DNA of 64,000 nt from Candidatus Omnitrophota bacterium (lineage in GTDB: Bacteria; Omnitrophota; Gorgyraeia; Duberdicusellales; 4484-171): assembly GCA_018826075.1 (NCBI GenBank), contig JAHKAJ010000035.1:15069-79068 (forward strand), read 5' to 3'. Both the position numbers and the translations under genes were made by a program. Shown piece after piece: positions 1 to 10,379 of this stretch (positions are counted from its first letter, which is position 1; every line of letters starts with the position of its first letter). Below the pieces are notes generated by a model, which worked only from the letters and a program-made list of their open reading frames with translations, searched no databases and was not told the DNA's origin.

Positions 1-7
1 GTGCGAT

Positions 8-277
8 ATGACTGCGGTGTCTGAAACTCCCAGCGGAGTTCCTGACCCGGTGGTAGAATATACTACTCAATCGATTGTTGAGTCAGCGTCTGATTGGATC
101 AACAACAAAGATACTAAGAAAAAATATACTATTTGGCTTAAGAATGCTAATATTGAGATTCGCGGCTTGGGTAGTTCTCCCAGCCTACTTAAACAGATAT
201 TTCCCAAAACAGTTCCCCGAGTCTCTCGGCACAATAAATTATTAGATATGTTTGGCCAATCCAAAAAAGTTTTTTAG
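8..277 (+). CDS. hypothetical protein; the reading frame is open to the window edge, so this may be the C-terminal part of a longer gene
   Basis: ORF track. No recognisable motif. The frame continues to position 2 without a stop. Confidence 0.25.
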   Translation: MTAVSETPSGVPDPVVEYTTQSIVESASDWINNKDTKKKYTIWLKNANIEIRGLGSSPSLLKQIFPKTVPRVSRHNKLLDMFGQSKKVF

Positions 278-285
278 GTCATTAT

Positions 286-1971
286 ATGGAGAAAGCAAAA
301 ACTAATTCCAACTTTATCCGGGAGATCATCGACCGGGATTTAAAGGATAACAAAAATCAGGGCCGGGTCCATACCCGTTTTCCGCCCGAGCCTAACGGCT
401 ATCTTCATATCGGCCACGCCAAATCGATTTGCCTTAATTTCGGCATAGCCAGAGACTATCAGGGTAAATGTAACCTGCGTTTTGACGACACTAATCCGGC
501 TAAGGAGGAATCTGAATATGTTGAGTCGATAAAAAAAGATGTTGGTTGGCTTGGTTTTGAATCGGCAAGTAATGAATTTTATGCTTCGGATTATTTTGAC
601 CGGCTTTATCAATATGCCCGGGAATTGATCCAAAAAGGGAAAGCTTACGTATGTGAACTAAGTCCTGAGGAAATCAGGGATTATCGCGGCAGCTTGACAG
701 AAGGCGGCAAGAACAGCCCCTGTCGAGATCGGCTGGTTAAGGAGAGCCTTGACCTATTCACCCGGATGAAGGATGGCGAATTTCCCGAAGGTTCAAAGGT
801 CTTAAGGGCAAAGATCGATATGTCTTCGCCTAATTTTAATCTGCGTGATCCGGCTTTATACCGGATTAAAAAAGCCGGGCATCACCGCACCGGCAATAAA
901 TGGTGTATTTACCCGATGTATGATTTTGCCCATTGCCTTTCTGATTCCCTTGAAGGTATAACTCATTCGATCTGTACTTTAGAGTTTGAAAATAACCGCC
1001 CTTTGTATGATTGGATACTTGACCAGTTAGTAGTTCATCATCCTCGACAGATCGAATTTGCCCGCCTTAATCTTAGCCATACGGTTTTAAGCAAGCGTAA
1101 ACTTCTGGAATTGGTCGAAACCGGCCATGTCAGCGGCTGGGATGATCCCCGGATGCCTACTTTATCCGGGTTGCGCCGGCGCGGCTACACTGCTTCTTCG
1201 ATCAGGAGTTTTTGTGATACTATCGGGGTGGCTAAGTTTAACAGCATAGTGGATATGGTAGTTTTGGAGAATGCTATCCGTCAGGAGCTAAACAAAACCG
1301 TACAAAGAGTCATGGCAGTTTTACAGCCTTTAAAGGTAGTGATTGTTAACTATCCGGAAGGTAAGGCTGAAGAGCTTGAGGCAATAAATAATCCTGAAGA
1401 TCCTGCTATGGGTACAAGGAAGATCCCTTTTTCAAAAGTTTTATATATTGAGCAGGATGATTTTAAAGAGGACCCTCCCAAGAAATTTTTCCGCTTGGCA
1501 CCGGGCAGGGAGGTGCGCTTGCGTTATGCTTACTTCATCAAATGTCTGGAGGTGATTAAGGATAAAACTGGCCGGATAATCGAATTACATTGCAGTTATG
1601 ACCCGGCGACTCGCGGTGGTGATTCCCCTGATGGCCGTAAAGTAAAAGCTACTTTGCATTGGGTTGCGGCTGAAAAATCCTTAAAGGCTAAGATCAGGCT
1701 TTACGACTATCTTTTCACTGAACGGGATCCTAATAAGGCCTTAGATGGCCAGGATTGGAAAGCCGGCTTAAATCCTAAATCTTTAGAGGTCATTGATGAA
1801 TGTTATCTTGAGCCAAGCCTAAACAACGCTCAACCCGGCCAACGCTATCAATTTGAAAGAAAAGGCTATTTTTGCGTTGATTCACTTGATTCCCGGGATA
1901 GCAGCCTGGTTTTTAATCGAATTGTTTCTCTGAAAGATGAATGGGCAAAAATAGAAAAAAAGACAAATTAA
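286..1971 (+). CDS. glnS: glutaminyl-tRNA synthetase
   Basis: Class I aaRS HIGH motif ([15 protein letters not shown]), a VSKR-like LSKRK motif, and a GlnRS-type C-terminal anticodon-binding region. The 561-aa length fits. Confidence 0.9.
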   Translation: MEKAKTNSNFIREIIDRDLKDNKNQGRVHTRFPPEPNGYLHIGHAKSICLNFGIARDYQGKCNLRFDDTNPAKEESEYVESIKKDVGWLGFESASNEFYASDYFDRLYQYARELIQKGKAYVCELSPEEIRDYRGSLTEGGKNSPCRDRLVKESLDLFTRMKDGEFPEGSKVLRAKIDMSSPNFNLRDPALYRIKKAGHHRTGNKWCIYPMYDFAHCLSDSLEGITHSICTLEFENNRPLYDWILDQLVVHHPRQIEFARLNLSHTVLSKRKLLELVETGHVSGWDDPRMPTLSGLRRRGYTASSIRSFCDTIGVAKFNSIVDMVVLENAIRQELNKTVQRVMAVLQPLKVVIVNYPEGKAEELEAINNPEDPAMGTRKIPFSKVLYIEQDDFKEDPPKKFFRLAPGREVRLRYAYFIKCLEVIKDKTGRIIELHCSYDPATRGGDSPDGRKVKATLHWVAAEKSLKAKIRLYDYLFTERDPNKALDGQDWKAGLNPKSLEVIDECYLEPSLNNAQPGQRYQFERKGYFCVDSLDSRDSSLVFNRIVSLKDEWAKIEKKTN

Positions 1972-1981
1972 AGGGGGCCTT

Positions 1982-2254
1982 ATGGATTGGAAGGTATTTT
2001 TAGCGGCTTTCGGAGCGATATTCCTGGCAGAGCTGGGTGATAAGACTCAAATGGCTAATCTTTGCCTGTCAGCTAAGTCAAAATCCTGGTTAACTGTATT
2101 TGTGGCTTCGGTAGCAGCTTTTGCGGTAGTCACTCTGATCACCGTTTCTTTAGGCAATATTTTAGGCAAGTATATCCATCCTGGGTATGTAAAGTATGCT
2201 TCAGCAGTGATTTTTATTGCTATTGGAGCCTTGATGCTGATGGGTAAGATTTAG
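1982..2254 (+). CDS. half-size UPF0016/GDT1(TMEM165)-family membrane protein carrying one E-x-G-D-K-T repeat
   Basis: Motif LAELGDKTQ at the start of a three-TM, 90-aa protein. This is the signature of the UPF0016 cation/H+ antiporter family. Confidence 0.55.
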   Translation: MDWKVFLAAFGAIFLAELGDKTQMANLCLSAKSKSWLTVFVASVAAFAVVTLITVSLGNILGKYIHPGYVKYASAVIFIAIGALMLMGKI

Positions 2255-2306
2255 CCATATAGGGTTTATCTAAAAATGGGGCATTTAGCCTCAAAAAAGA
2301 AAACTA

Positions 2307-2335
2307 TTGACAAAAGCAGCCTGATAGGGTACTAT
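2307..2335 (+). promoter_or_regulatory. sigma70-type promoter (TTGACA, 17-nt spacer, TACTAT)
   Basis: TTGACA at 2307-2312, a 17-nt spacer, and TACTAT at 2330-2335. Confidence 0.5.
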
Positions 2336-2375
2336 GTGGGCGTTGAAATATGGCTGTAGGAATGGATATCTTTGA

Positions 2376-2418
2376 GCCGCAAAGTTCCAAGATAGACTAA
2401 ACTTTGTGGCTTTTTTTA
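2376..2418 (+). terminator. intrinsic terminator-like hairpin about 45 nt downstream of the promoter above and 33 nt upstream of the FKBP gene start
   Basis: gccgcaaagtt (2376-2386) pairs with aactttgtggc (2400-2410) as an 11-bp stem with one G-U. A 13-nt loop is followed by a T7 run at 2411-2417. Confidence 0.55.
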
Positions 2419-2450
2419 TGTTTACTGCCCGGTAGGGCAAGAAAGAATAG

Positions 2451-2951
2451 ATGAAAAAATCGCTAAAATTTGCATTGGTCCTGGGGTTACTGATCGGGAT
2501 TGGCAGCTTAGGAGCCAGGGGCGAGGAAATGGCTATTAAAGACGGAAGCAAAGTATTTTTTGATTACAATTTGACTGTAGACGGCGAAGTCATCGATAGT
2601 TCCGATGGCCGTACACCTTTAGAATATATACAGGGACAAAACCAGATCGTGCCCGGACTGGAGAAAGCTCTTCTCGGTTTAAAAGCCGGAGATGAGAAAA
2701 CAGTAACAGTTTCTCCCGAGGAAGGTTATGGTTTGATCGATCCCGAAGCTCTACGTGAGGTCCCGAAAACATCTTTACCTCCGGAATTAGAACTGCAGGT
2801 TGGTATGGTACTTGGAATGCAAGGTCCTAGCGGCAGGCCCTTGCCGGTCAAGGTTTCCGAAATCAAGGATGAATCCGTGATTATGGATTTTAATCATCCG
2901 CTTGCGGGGAAAGAATTGAATTTCAAGGTGAAGGTTGTTTCGGTTGAATAG
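2451..2951 (+). CDS. FKBP-type peptidyl-prolyl cis-trans isomerase (SlyD/FkpA-like), secreted
   Basis: N-terminal signal peptide. FKBP domain with a long flap insertion (VFFDYNLTVDGEVIDSS...LIDPEALREVP...FKVKVVSVE). Confidence 0.8.
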   Translation: MKKSLKFALVLGLLIGIGSLGARGEEMAIKDGSKVFFDYNLTVDGEVIDSSDGRTPLEYIQGQNQIVPGLEKALLGLKAGDEKTVTVSPEEGYGLIDPEALREVPKTSLPPELELQVGMVLGMQGPSGRPLPVKVSEIKDESVIMDFNHPLAGKELNFKVKVVSVE

Positions 2952-3001
2952 TATTTAGGCCTAAAAGGTTAGGCCTAAGGTTTAGGAAAAAGGAGATTGG
3001 A

Positions 3002-3328
3002 ATGGAAGAAGAAAAGAAGGTTTACATTGGCAACTTGGAGTATGGCGTAGGAGAAGGGGATTTGAAAGCCCTTCTAGAAGAGAAAGGTTTAGCCGCAAAA
3101 GAGGTTTCGGTGATCATGGATAAATACACCGGACGCTCAAAGGGTTTTGGTTTTGCCGAATTTGAAACAGCTGATGACGCACAGAAAGCAATTGACGCTT
3201 TAAACGGTCAGGAACTGAACGGTAGGGCGTTAAAGGTAAATAAGGCCCAGAAGAGGAAACCTCGCAATGATTTTGGCGGAGGTTCAGGAGGCTCAAGCGG
3301 CCGCAACTCAAGAGACAGACGGTACTAA
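3002..3328 (+). CDS. RRM-type RNA-binding protein with a glycine-rich tail
   Basis: RNP-2 (KVYIGNL) and RNP-1 (KGFGFAEF) motifs. C-terminal GGGSGGSSGR tail. Confidence 0.8.
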   Translation: MEEEKKVYIGNLEYGVGEGDLKALLEEKGLAAKEVSVIMDKYTGRSKGFGFAEFETADDAQKAIDALNGQELNGRALKVNKAQKRKPRNDFGGGSGGSSGRNSRDRRY

Positions 3329-3346
3329 ACAAAAACGCTTAGCATC

Positions 3347-3386
3347 AAAAGGGCATAAGGAAAAATCCTTATGCCCTTTTGTTTTT
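3347..3386 (+). terminator. rho-independent terminator
   Basis: 10-bp perfect stem gggcataagg/ccttatgccc with loop aaaaat, followed by ttttgttttt. Confidence 0.7.
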
Positions 3387-3422
3387 ATCCTGATCTGATA
3401 TAATGGATTTGCCGGTTTTATT

Positions 3423-4097
3423 ATGAAAAGAGTTAAACTTTTTACCACCTTAGTTTTAATTTTTATAGTGGTTTTTGCCTTGCAGGGGTTATTCCGGCGC
3501 TATCTCAATGAGCGCAAAGTCTTGAAACAAGTCATCCAGCGCCTTCAGGCTGATTCCCGGGTAGCTGAAGTCCTGGTGACCGGCGTAAACTATGACGAGG
3601 ACAAAAAGAAGCTTTTTACCACCATTAAATTTTTAGAATACGGGATTGACCGAAAGCCTCTTGAGCCTAAATATTTTACTTTTTCGGGGAATATCATCCA
3701 GTTCCAGTCTTTAGTCATTCGCTTTAACGATGATTACGTAAGAGACGCTGATGCTTTAAGAGGTAAGAGCATCTTTCTGTTTTGGAAAGTGTTTATTCTT
3801 GATGGGGCTGATACCCAGGAGTATGAAATAACTAAAGTTAAGGAAATTCCCGAAGGTTATAAAATTGAAGGGTTAAGCAGCCCTTTTGAAAAAAAGCTTT
3901 GGCGCCAGTTTTGGAAATATGCTTTAGACCCTAAGCAAGGCAGCCAGCCGGGTATTAAAAATGCCCAGTTAGAGGCTCCCGGAACGATGTTTATTCCGGG
4001 GATAATTTACACCATTAAAATTGAACACGACGGGGGGTTACGTATTGACCCGGCAGTAATCCCTGAGGTTTTAAAAGGAGAAAAGATAATTAAATGA
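3423..4097 (+). CDS. hypothetical membrane-anchored protein
   Basis: N-terminal TM helix. An extended -10 (TGaTATAAT, 3396-3404) lies just upstream. No family recognised. Confidence 0.35.
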   Translation: MKRVKLFTTLVLIFIVVFALQGLFRRYLNERKVLKQVIQRLQADSRVAEVLVTGVNYDEDKKKLFTTIKFLEYGIDRKPLEPKYFTFSGNIIQFQSLVIRFNDDYVRDADALRGKSIFLFWKVFILDGADTQEYEITKVKEIPEGYKIEGLSSPFEKKLWRQFWKYALDPKQGSQPGIKNAQLEAPGTMFIPGIIYTIKIEHDGGLRIDPAVIPEVLKGEKIIK

Positions 4098-4119
4098 ATA
4101 CCATGAATTTTATTGAGGT

Positions 4120-5715
4120 TTGGTTATTATGTTAAAAGGATTTAAAGAACTAGGTTTATCCGAAAATACCTTAAAGGCCCTGGTTCGTAAAGGCTTTGAG
4201 GAGCCTACCGAGATACAGGAGAGAATCATCCCTTTATTTTTAAACAGCAGCCATGATTTAGTCGGCCAGGCTCAGACCGGAACCGGAAAAACCGCTGCTT
4301 TTGGCTTGCCCTTAGTTGAAAAGTTAACCCAGGACTCCTTGAGTGTCCAGACCTTGATTCTTGTGCCTACCCGGGAGCTGGCTGTCCAGGTAGCCGAAGA
4401 AATAAACTCTTTAAAAGGTGATAAGCACTTGGTGATTACGGCAATCTACGGCGGCCAATCCATAGACCAGCAGTTGCGCCGGCTTAGAAAAGGAGTCGAT
4501 ATCGTGGTCGGTACTCCCGGCAGGGTTAAAGACCATTTACAGAGGAAAAGTTTAAAAATTGATAAGATTTCCCATATGATCCTTGATGAAGCTGATGAAA
4601 TGCTGAATATGGGTTTCATCGATGACGTTGAGGATATTTTGGCTTATTCCGGAAAAAACAAACGGGTGCTTTTATTTTCAGCCACTATGCCGGCGCGGAT
4701 ACTGGAATTGGCTAAGAAATACATGACTGATTATAAGGTTTGCGCCCAAAAGGGAGAGCTGACTGTAAGTTTGACCGAGCAGATCTATTTTGAAGTTTCC
4801 TATTCCGACAAATTGGAGGCTTTAACCCGGATCATTGACAGTGAAGTCGGGTTTTACGGGCTGATCTTTTGCCGGACTAAGATCGACGTTGATGATGTTT
4901 CGCGCAAACTTTCCGATCGCGGCTATGACGTTGAAGGCCTTCACGGAGACATCTCACAACATCAGCGGGAGAGGATTCTTGGTAGATTTAAGCAGAAACG
5001 AATCAATGTTTTGGTGGCCACTGACGTTGCCGCCAGAGGGATCGATATTAATAATTTAAGCCATGTGATAAATTATTCCTTGCCTCAGGACCCGGAAAGA
5101 TATGTTCACCGTATCGGCCGGACCGGCCGGGCCGGAAAAGAAGGAACGGCTATAACTTTTGTTACTCCTGATGAGTATCGTAAACTTTCGGCTATAAAAA
5201 GGCTTACCAAGACCGATATTTTAAAGAAAAAACTTCCCGGGGTCGATGAGATTATCAGCTCCAAAAAAATCCGGATTAAAAAAGAAATTGTCGATTTAGC
5301 CTCTTCAGCCGAGAGCAATGAATATTTAGGCTTTGCCGAGGAGATTTTATCCGGTCTTGACCCGGCTCAAGCCGTTTCGGCTTTGATCAAATACAGCTTT
5401 GGCGATGAGCTTAGCCCGCGCAGTTATGCCAAGATCCGCGACGTCTCAATAGACACTAAAGGAACTTCCCGTTTATTCGTAGCCAAGGGAAAAATCGATA
5501 AGATGAGCCCGCCTAAACTGGTTTCGATGATCAACCAGATAGCCGGGGTTGATTCCCGCAAGATCCGCGATGTCCAGGTTTTGGATAAATTTTCTTTTAT
5601 CACTGTACCCTTTGAAGAAGCCGAGATAATTTTACGGGCTTTTAAAGAAAACCGGGGCAGCCGTAAGCCCCTGGTTGAACGGGCTAAAGAGAACAAGAGA
5701 AAATACCGCCGCTAA
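4120..5715 (+). CDS. DEAD-box ATP-dependent RNA helicase (DeaD/CshA-like) with a C-terminal extension
   Basis: Q motif, motif I (AQTGTGKT), PTRELA, DEAD, SAT and HRIGRTGRAG. Confidence 0.9.
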   Translation: MVIMLKGFKELGLSENTLKALVRKGFEEPTEIQERIIPLFLNSSHDLVGQAQTGTGKTAAFGLPLVEKLTQDSLSVQTLILVPTRELAVQVAEEINSLKGDKHLVITAIYGGQSIDQQLRRLRKGVDIVVGTPGRVKDHLQRKSLKIDKISHMILDEADEMLNMGFIDDVEDILAYSGKNKRVLLFSATMPARILELAKKYMTDYKVCAQKGELTVSLTEQIYFEVSYSDKLEALTRIIDSEVGFYGLIFCRTKIDVDDVSRKLSDRGYDVEGLHGDISQHQRERILGRFKQKRINVLVATDVAARGIDINNLSHVINYSLPQDPERYVHRIGRTGRAGKEGTAITFVTPDEYRKLSAIKRLTKTDILKKKLPGVDEIISSKKIRIKKEIVDLASSAESNEYLGFAEEILSGLDPAQAVSALIKYSFGDELSPRSYAKIRDVSIDTKGTSRLFVAKGKIDKMSPPKLVSMINQIAGVDSRKIRDVQVLDKFSFITVPFEEAEIILRAFKENRGSRKPLVERAKENKRKYRR

Positions 5716-5734
5716 AATTAAGGAGTTGCAGTTT

Positions 5735-6367
5735 ATGGGATTGTTGGGGCTTTTATTTAAAGATCCAGTAACCTTTGTTCTTTTAGTGCCTTTACTGCTT
5801 TATTCGGTGATCGCTCATGAAGTAGCTCATGGTTGGGTAGCTTCTTGGTTTGGCGATAAAACCGCTAAATACGCCGGCCGCCTGTCTTTGAATCCAAAAG
5901 ATCACCTTGATCCCATAGGCACCCTGGCTATTTTTCTGGTTGGTTTTGGCTGGGCCAAGCCGGTTCCGGTTGATTACCTAAGTTTGCGTTCCCGCCGGGC
6001 CATGATCTCAGTATCTTTAGCCGGATGCCTGGTCAATATTATTATCGCTACTTTAGCCATATTTTTACTTCAATTCACCTTTATCAGGACTAACCAATGG
6101 TTAGGGGTTATTTTTGTGATTACTGCCCGGATAAATATTACCTTAGGAGCTTTGAACCTTATCCCTATCCCGCCTTTAGACGGCTATCGCGTACTCAGTG
6201 AGTTCTTGCCTGTTGATTTCAAATACCGGTTGATGAGGTTGGAACCCTATGGATTTTTTATTATTATCGGGCTGCTTTGGCTGGGAATTTTAGGCCCGGT
6301 GATTAGTTTCGTTTATAACCTCATTTTGGGGTTGATTGGGATCCTTCTAAGTTTTACCGGTAGGTAA
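5735..6367 (+). CDS. site-2-protease (M50) family membrane metalloprotease
   Basis: HEVAHGW (HExxH) in a TM helix. Polytopic membrane protein. Start chosen at the ATG at 5735, which follows an AAGGAG RBS; the ORF track starts at 5675. Confidence 0.7.
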   Translation: MGLLGLLFKDPVTFVLLVPLLLYSVIAHEVAHGWVASWFGDKTAKYAGRLSLNPKDHLDPIGTLAIFLVGFGWAKPVPVDYLSLRSRRAMISVSLAGCLVNIIIATLAIFLLQFTFIRTNQWLGVIFVITARINITLGALNLIPIPPLDGYRVLSEFLPVDFKYRLMRLEPYGFFIIIGLLWLGILGPVISFVYNLILGLIGILLSFTGR

Positions 6368-6396
6368 ACAAACGAGCCCGGTCAAGGAGTACTAGC

Positions 6397-7644
6397 TTGG
6401 AAATTTATGATATTGCTGTAGTTGGTGGTGGTCCAGCCGGTATGATGGCAGCGATAACCGCAAGCACTCTTAAGCAAAAAGTAATACTTATTGAACGAAA
6501 CAGGTCCCTGGGCAAAAAAATGCATCTTTGCGGCGGCGGAAGATGTAACTTCACTAACAGTTCAGGCCTTGATACCTTTATTGAGGCTTTTGGAAAGCAG
6601 GGGCTGTTTTTACGGACTGCCTTTAAACAATTTTCCAACCGTGACTTGATCAAATTTTTTAAAGCCCATGGTGTTTTTTTTAAGGAAGAAGCCAACGGCC
6701 GGATTTTCCCTAAAAAAGGTAACGCTCATCTAATAGTCAGGACTTTGGAGAAGTGTTTAGTCCAAGGACAGGTTAAACTCTCTTACGATAGCCGCCTTAA
6801 GAATTTGGCTAAGCTTAAAGATTGTTTTCGTTTGGATATAGCCGCTAGCCGGATTTTTGCTAAAAAAGTCATCTTGGCTACCGGGGGAATTTCCTATAAA
6901 GAGACCGGTTCAACCGGCGACGGATTTATCATTGCTGAAAGAGTTGGCCATCGAATAACTTTTTTAAAACCGGGCCTGGTGCCGCTAAAAGTTGTTGAAC
7001 CCTGGGTCAGGCAGCTTTCAGGGGTAGCCGTGAGTAATGTTGTGGTTACTTTTTCGCCTGAAATACCCGACGGCAAAAAGCTAAAATCCGAGCCGGGCGA
7101 GATCATTTTTACTCATTTCGGAGTTTCCGGGCCGTTGATCCTTGATTTAAGCAGCCGGGTAGTCAGTTTCCTGCGGCCGGGAAAAAATATTTCTTTGTTT
7201 ATTGACTTTAAACCGGAGCTGAATCAGGAGGAGTTAAAGAAACTTTTGGTTCGAAAATTTTCCGGCAGCAAAAATAAACAGCTAAAAAATGTTTTAACCG
7301 GTTTTATACCCCAGAAATTAACTTTACCATTTTTAAATCAAGCTAAAATAGCGGTCAACCATAAAGTCAGCCAGCTTAGCCGCCGGGATTTTCATCAACT
7401 GGTGATTTATCTTAAAGCTTTTCCTTTAACCGTCAGCGCAACTTTGCCGATCGATCAGGCTATGGTTACTGACGGCGGGATTTTGACTAAAGAGATCAAT
7501 CCCCAGACTATGGAATCAAAAGTTTTAGCCGGCCTTTATCTTGCTGGTGAGATCATCGAAGGTTCAGGGATAAGCGGCGGCTATAATCTACAGCAGGCTT
7601 TTTCAACCGGTTACCTGGCGGCAAAAGGAGCTTGCAGTGATTAA
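6397..7644 (+). CDS. HI0933/BaiN-family NAD(FAD)-utilising flavoprotein
   Basis: N-terminal Rossmann motif YDIAVVGGGPAGMMAA and the family's typical C-terminal half. Confidence 0.75.
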   Translation: MEIYDIAVVGGGPAGMMAAITASTLKQKVILIERNRSLGKKMHLCGGGRCNFTNSSGLDTFIEAFGKQGLFLRTAFKQFSNRDLIKFFKAHGVFFKEEANGRIFPKKGNAHLIVRTLEKCLVQGQVKLSYDSRLKNLAKLKDCFRLDIAASRIFAKKVILATGGISYKETGSTGDGFIIAERVGHRITFLKPGLVPLKVVEPWVRQLSGVAVSNVVVTFSPEIPDGKKLKSEPGEIIFTHFGVSGPLILDLSSRVVSFLRPGKNISLFIDFKPELNQEELKKLLVRKFSGSKNKQLKNVLTGFIPQKLTLPFLNQAKIAVNHKVSQLSRRDFHQLVIYLKAFPLTVSATLPIDQAMVTDGGILTKEINPQTMESKVLAGLYLAGEIIEGSGISGGYNLQQAFSTGYLAAKGACSD

Positions 7645-8218
7645 AATAATCCTGGCTTCCCAATCAAAGGCCCGTTTAAAACTGCTTAGGAATTTCGGTT
7701 TAAAGGTCACTCCTAAACCTCAAAGAGTAGAAGAGAGCCAGAGTTTAAAAAACGGCCCGGCAAAATTAGTGGTAAACAACGCAGTGTTAAAGGCTAAATC
7801 CGCAGCCCGAAAACTTAAAACCGGGCTGGTAATCGGAGCCGATACGATAGTTTTAGCCGGTAGCAGGCTTATCGGAAAACCTAAAGATTTAGCCGATGCC
7901 GGAAAAACCATCCGACTACTTTCTCGTAAGCCGCATTGGGTTTATAGCGGGATCGCGGTGATCGGCCTTGATTCGGGAAAAACGCATACTGCCTGGGATA
8001 AGACTAAAGTTTATATGTCTTCCTTGGATGAGGCCCAGATAAAAAAATACTGCCGTAAATTCTCACCCCTGGATAAGGCCGGCAGTTTTGATATTCAGGG
8101 CCCGGGCGGCTTGCTGGTTGCACGCATTGAGGGTTGTTTTTATAATGTGGTAGGTTTACCCTTAGTTAAATTACTAAAGATTTTAAAAAAATCAGGGATC
8201 GATCTGTTTAGCCTATAG
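7637..8218 (+). CDS. maf: Maf-family nucleoside triphosphate pyrophosphatase
   Basis: IILASQSKARLKLL start, GADTIV and typical Maf length. Overlaps the upstream gene. Confidence 0.85.
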   Translation: MIKIILASQSKARLKLLRNFGLKVTPKPQRVEESQSLKNGPAKLVVNNAVLKAKSAARKLKTGLVIGADTIVLAGSRLIGKPKDLADAGKTIRLLSRKPHWVYSGIAVIGLDSGKTHTAWDKTKVYMSSLDEAQIKKYCRKFSPLDKAGSFDIQGPGGLLVARIEGCFYNVVGLPLVKLLKILKKSGIDLFSL

Positions 8219-9196
8219 ATGAAAAATGCTTTACTTTCCGGTTTTATTTTCCCCCGGGTAATTCTTGCACCATTGTCCGGCATCAGTTCTTTACCTTTCC
8301 GTAAACTTAACCGCAAATTCGGCTGTAAATTCGCCTACCTGGAGATGGTCGGCGCTCGTTCTATAAACTATTTAAGCCGCCGGACTAAACAGATGATAGC
8401 TGTTGATCCAGGCGACCGGCCTTTAGGAGTCCAACTTTTAGGAAAAGACCCGGATTATTTATCCCAGGCTTTGGAAAAGTTTAAACATTTTCCCTGCGAC
8501 CTGATAGATTTTAATGCTGCTTGCCCGCAGAAAAAAGTAACCCGTCAGGGTCAGGGAGCCGCCCTGCTTAAGGAGCCGGTAAAATTAGCCAAACTGTTAT
8601 CAGTAATGGTCAAGGAATCGCTTTTACCGGTGACAGTCAAACTCAGGCTGGGCTGGGACAGCCCCAAAGGCATAGTCGACCTTGCTAAACGAGTGGAGGA
8701 TTCCGGTGTCTATGCGGTTTGTTTGCACGGAAGGACTAAAATGCAGGGCTACAGCGGTTCAGTGGATTATCAAAGCATAAAGAAAGTAAAAGCGGCCTTA
8801 ACTATTCCGGTCATTGCCAGCGGCGATATCTGGTCGGGCGAACTGGCTAAAAAGATGTTTGACCTGACTTCTTGTGATGCAATAACTGTTGCCCGGGGAA
8901 GCTTAGGCAATCCCTGGATATTCAAGGAAATTAATGAATTCTTAGCCAAGGGTAAAGTTATTCCCCGGCCGGGTATTGAGGAAGTTATCAGAGTGATGAA
9001 CGAGCATCTAAATCTTTCAATTGATTTTTACGGTGAAAAAGCCGGAGTGACTAAATTCAGAAAATTTTTTATCTGGTATACCCGGGGATTCCTGCAGGCT
9101 AAGCCTTTACGGATAAAAGTGGCGGTTATAGTCAAACATTCTCAAATGCTTGAACTTATTGATGAGTTTTCAGCCCGGGCCTCAAGAAAAATATAA
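8219..9196 (+). CDS. dus: tRNA-dihydrouridine synthase
   Basis: Dus family TIM barrel (LAPLSGISSLPFR, catalytic C in NAACPQKKV, KLRLGWD). The start abuts the maf stop. Confidence 0.8.
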   Translation: MKNALLSGFIFPRVILAPLSGISSLPFRKLNRKFGCKFAYLEMVGARSINYLSRRTKQMIAVDPGDRPLGVQLLGKDPDYLSQALEKFKHFPCDLIDFNAACPQKKVTRQGQGAALLKEPVKLAKLLSVMVKESLLPVTVKLRLGWDSPKGIVDLAKRVEDSGVYAVCLHGRTKMQGYSGSVDYQSIKKVKAALTIPVIASGDIWSGELAKKMFDLTSCDAITVARGSLGNPWIFKEINEFLAKGKVIPRPGIEEVIRVMNEHLNLSIDFYGEKAGVTKFRKFFIWYTRGFLQAKPLRIKVAVIVKHSQMLELIDEFSARASRKI

Positions 9197-9294
9197 GCTT
9201 TTTATTAATCTTGCCTAAGCGCCGGTATTCTTATAAAATATTCAAAAGGGTTTAAGTAAGGCTAATAGGCGGATTTTATTAAGGTGGTGCGGCT

Positions 9295-10359
9295 ATGATC
9301 AAGAAAAAAATGCATTTTCCCAAGACTGAGATACTTCCTCCGGGAACACTTGTCTATACCGGTGAAAAAAAAGTTAACGGAGCAAAGATTACGGTCATCG
9401 ACTATGACGAGAAACAATTTCAGGAAAAAGTGATAAAAAGTGTTGAAGAGTGCCTGCCGTTTAAGGATACTCCCACAGTTACCTGGGTAAATATAGACGG
9501 CCTGCAAGATGTCGGTTTGATTGAGAAGATCGGCAGGGAGTTTAACATCCATCCTTTAGCTTTGGAAGATATCCTTATGGTCGGCCAGCGGCCGAAATAT
9601 GAGGATTTTGAAAAATATCTTTTTGTGGCTTTAAAGATGTTGATGCTCGATGAGAAAAACAGCGAAATCACCTCTGAACAGGTCAGTTTGATAGTAAGCT
9701 CTAACTTTGTTATTTCCTTTCAGGAGACTGAAGGCGATGTTTTTAATCCTATCCGCGCGCGTTTAAGAAACGCCAAAGGCCGGATCAGGAAAGAAGGGGC
9801 TGATTACCTGGCTTACAGTTTAATCGATACGATAGTTGATAATTATTTTTCGATTTTAGAGAAAATCGGCGAGGACGTAGAATCAATCGAAGAGGAGTTG
9901 GTGACTAATCCCACTCCCAAAACCCTTCAGATAATCCATGATTTAAAAAGGCAGACCATATCTTTACGTAAATCAGTCTGGCCGTTAAGAGAGATCATCA
10001 ATGGTCTGGAAAGAGGTGAGATCCCGGTGATTAAAAAAACCACCCGGATTTACCTAAGGGATGTTTATGACCATACTATTCAGGTTATCGATACTGTGGA
10101 GACTTTACGCGATATGATTTCCGGAATGCTGGATATTTATCTTTCCAGCGTAAGCAACCGGATGAATGAAGTGATGAAGGTTTTAACTATCATCGCCACT
10201 ATTTTTATACCGATTACCTTTATATCCAGCCTCTACGGAATGAATTTTAAATATATGCCCGAACTTAACTGGCATTGGGGTTATTTCGGAGCTTTAAGCG
10301 TTATGCTTGCAGTAGTAGTTGTAATGCTTTCTTATTTTAAGCGGAAACGCTGGTTTTAG
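9295..10359 (+). CDS. corA: magnesium/cobalt transporter CorA
   Basis: YGMNF (GMN) motif before the final two TM helices and a cytoplasmic N-terminal domain. Confidence 0.9.
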   Translation: MIKKKMHFPKTEILPPGTLVYTGEKKVNGAKITVIDYDEKQFQEKVIKSVEECLPFKDTPTVTWVNIDGLQDVGLIEKIGREFNIHPLALEDILMVGQRPKYEDFEKYLFVALKMLMLDEKNSEITSEQVSLIVSSNFVISFQETEGDVFNPIRARLRNAKGRIRKEGADYLAYSLIDTIVDNYFSILEKIGEDVESIEEELVTNPTPKTLQIIHDLKRQTISLRKSVWPLREIINGLERGEIPVIKKTTRIYLRDVYDHTIQVIDTVETLRDMISGMLDIYLSSVSNRMNEVMKVLTIIATIFIPITFISSLYGMNFKYMPELNWHWGYFGALSVMLAVVVVMLSYFKRKRWF

Positions 10360-10379
10360 GCAGGAGTAGATAGATACTT

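Noticed and set aside
340-633. 97-aa minus-strand ORF inside glnS (similar antisense ORFs at 17944-18384 and 53871-54314)
   Set aside because: Antisense to conserved housekeeping genes with no independent signals. Treated as spurious.
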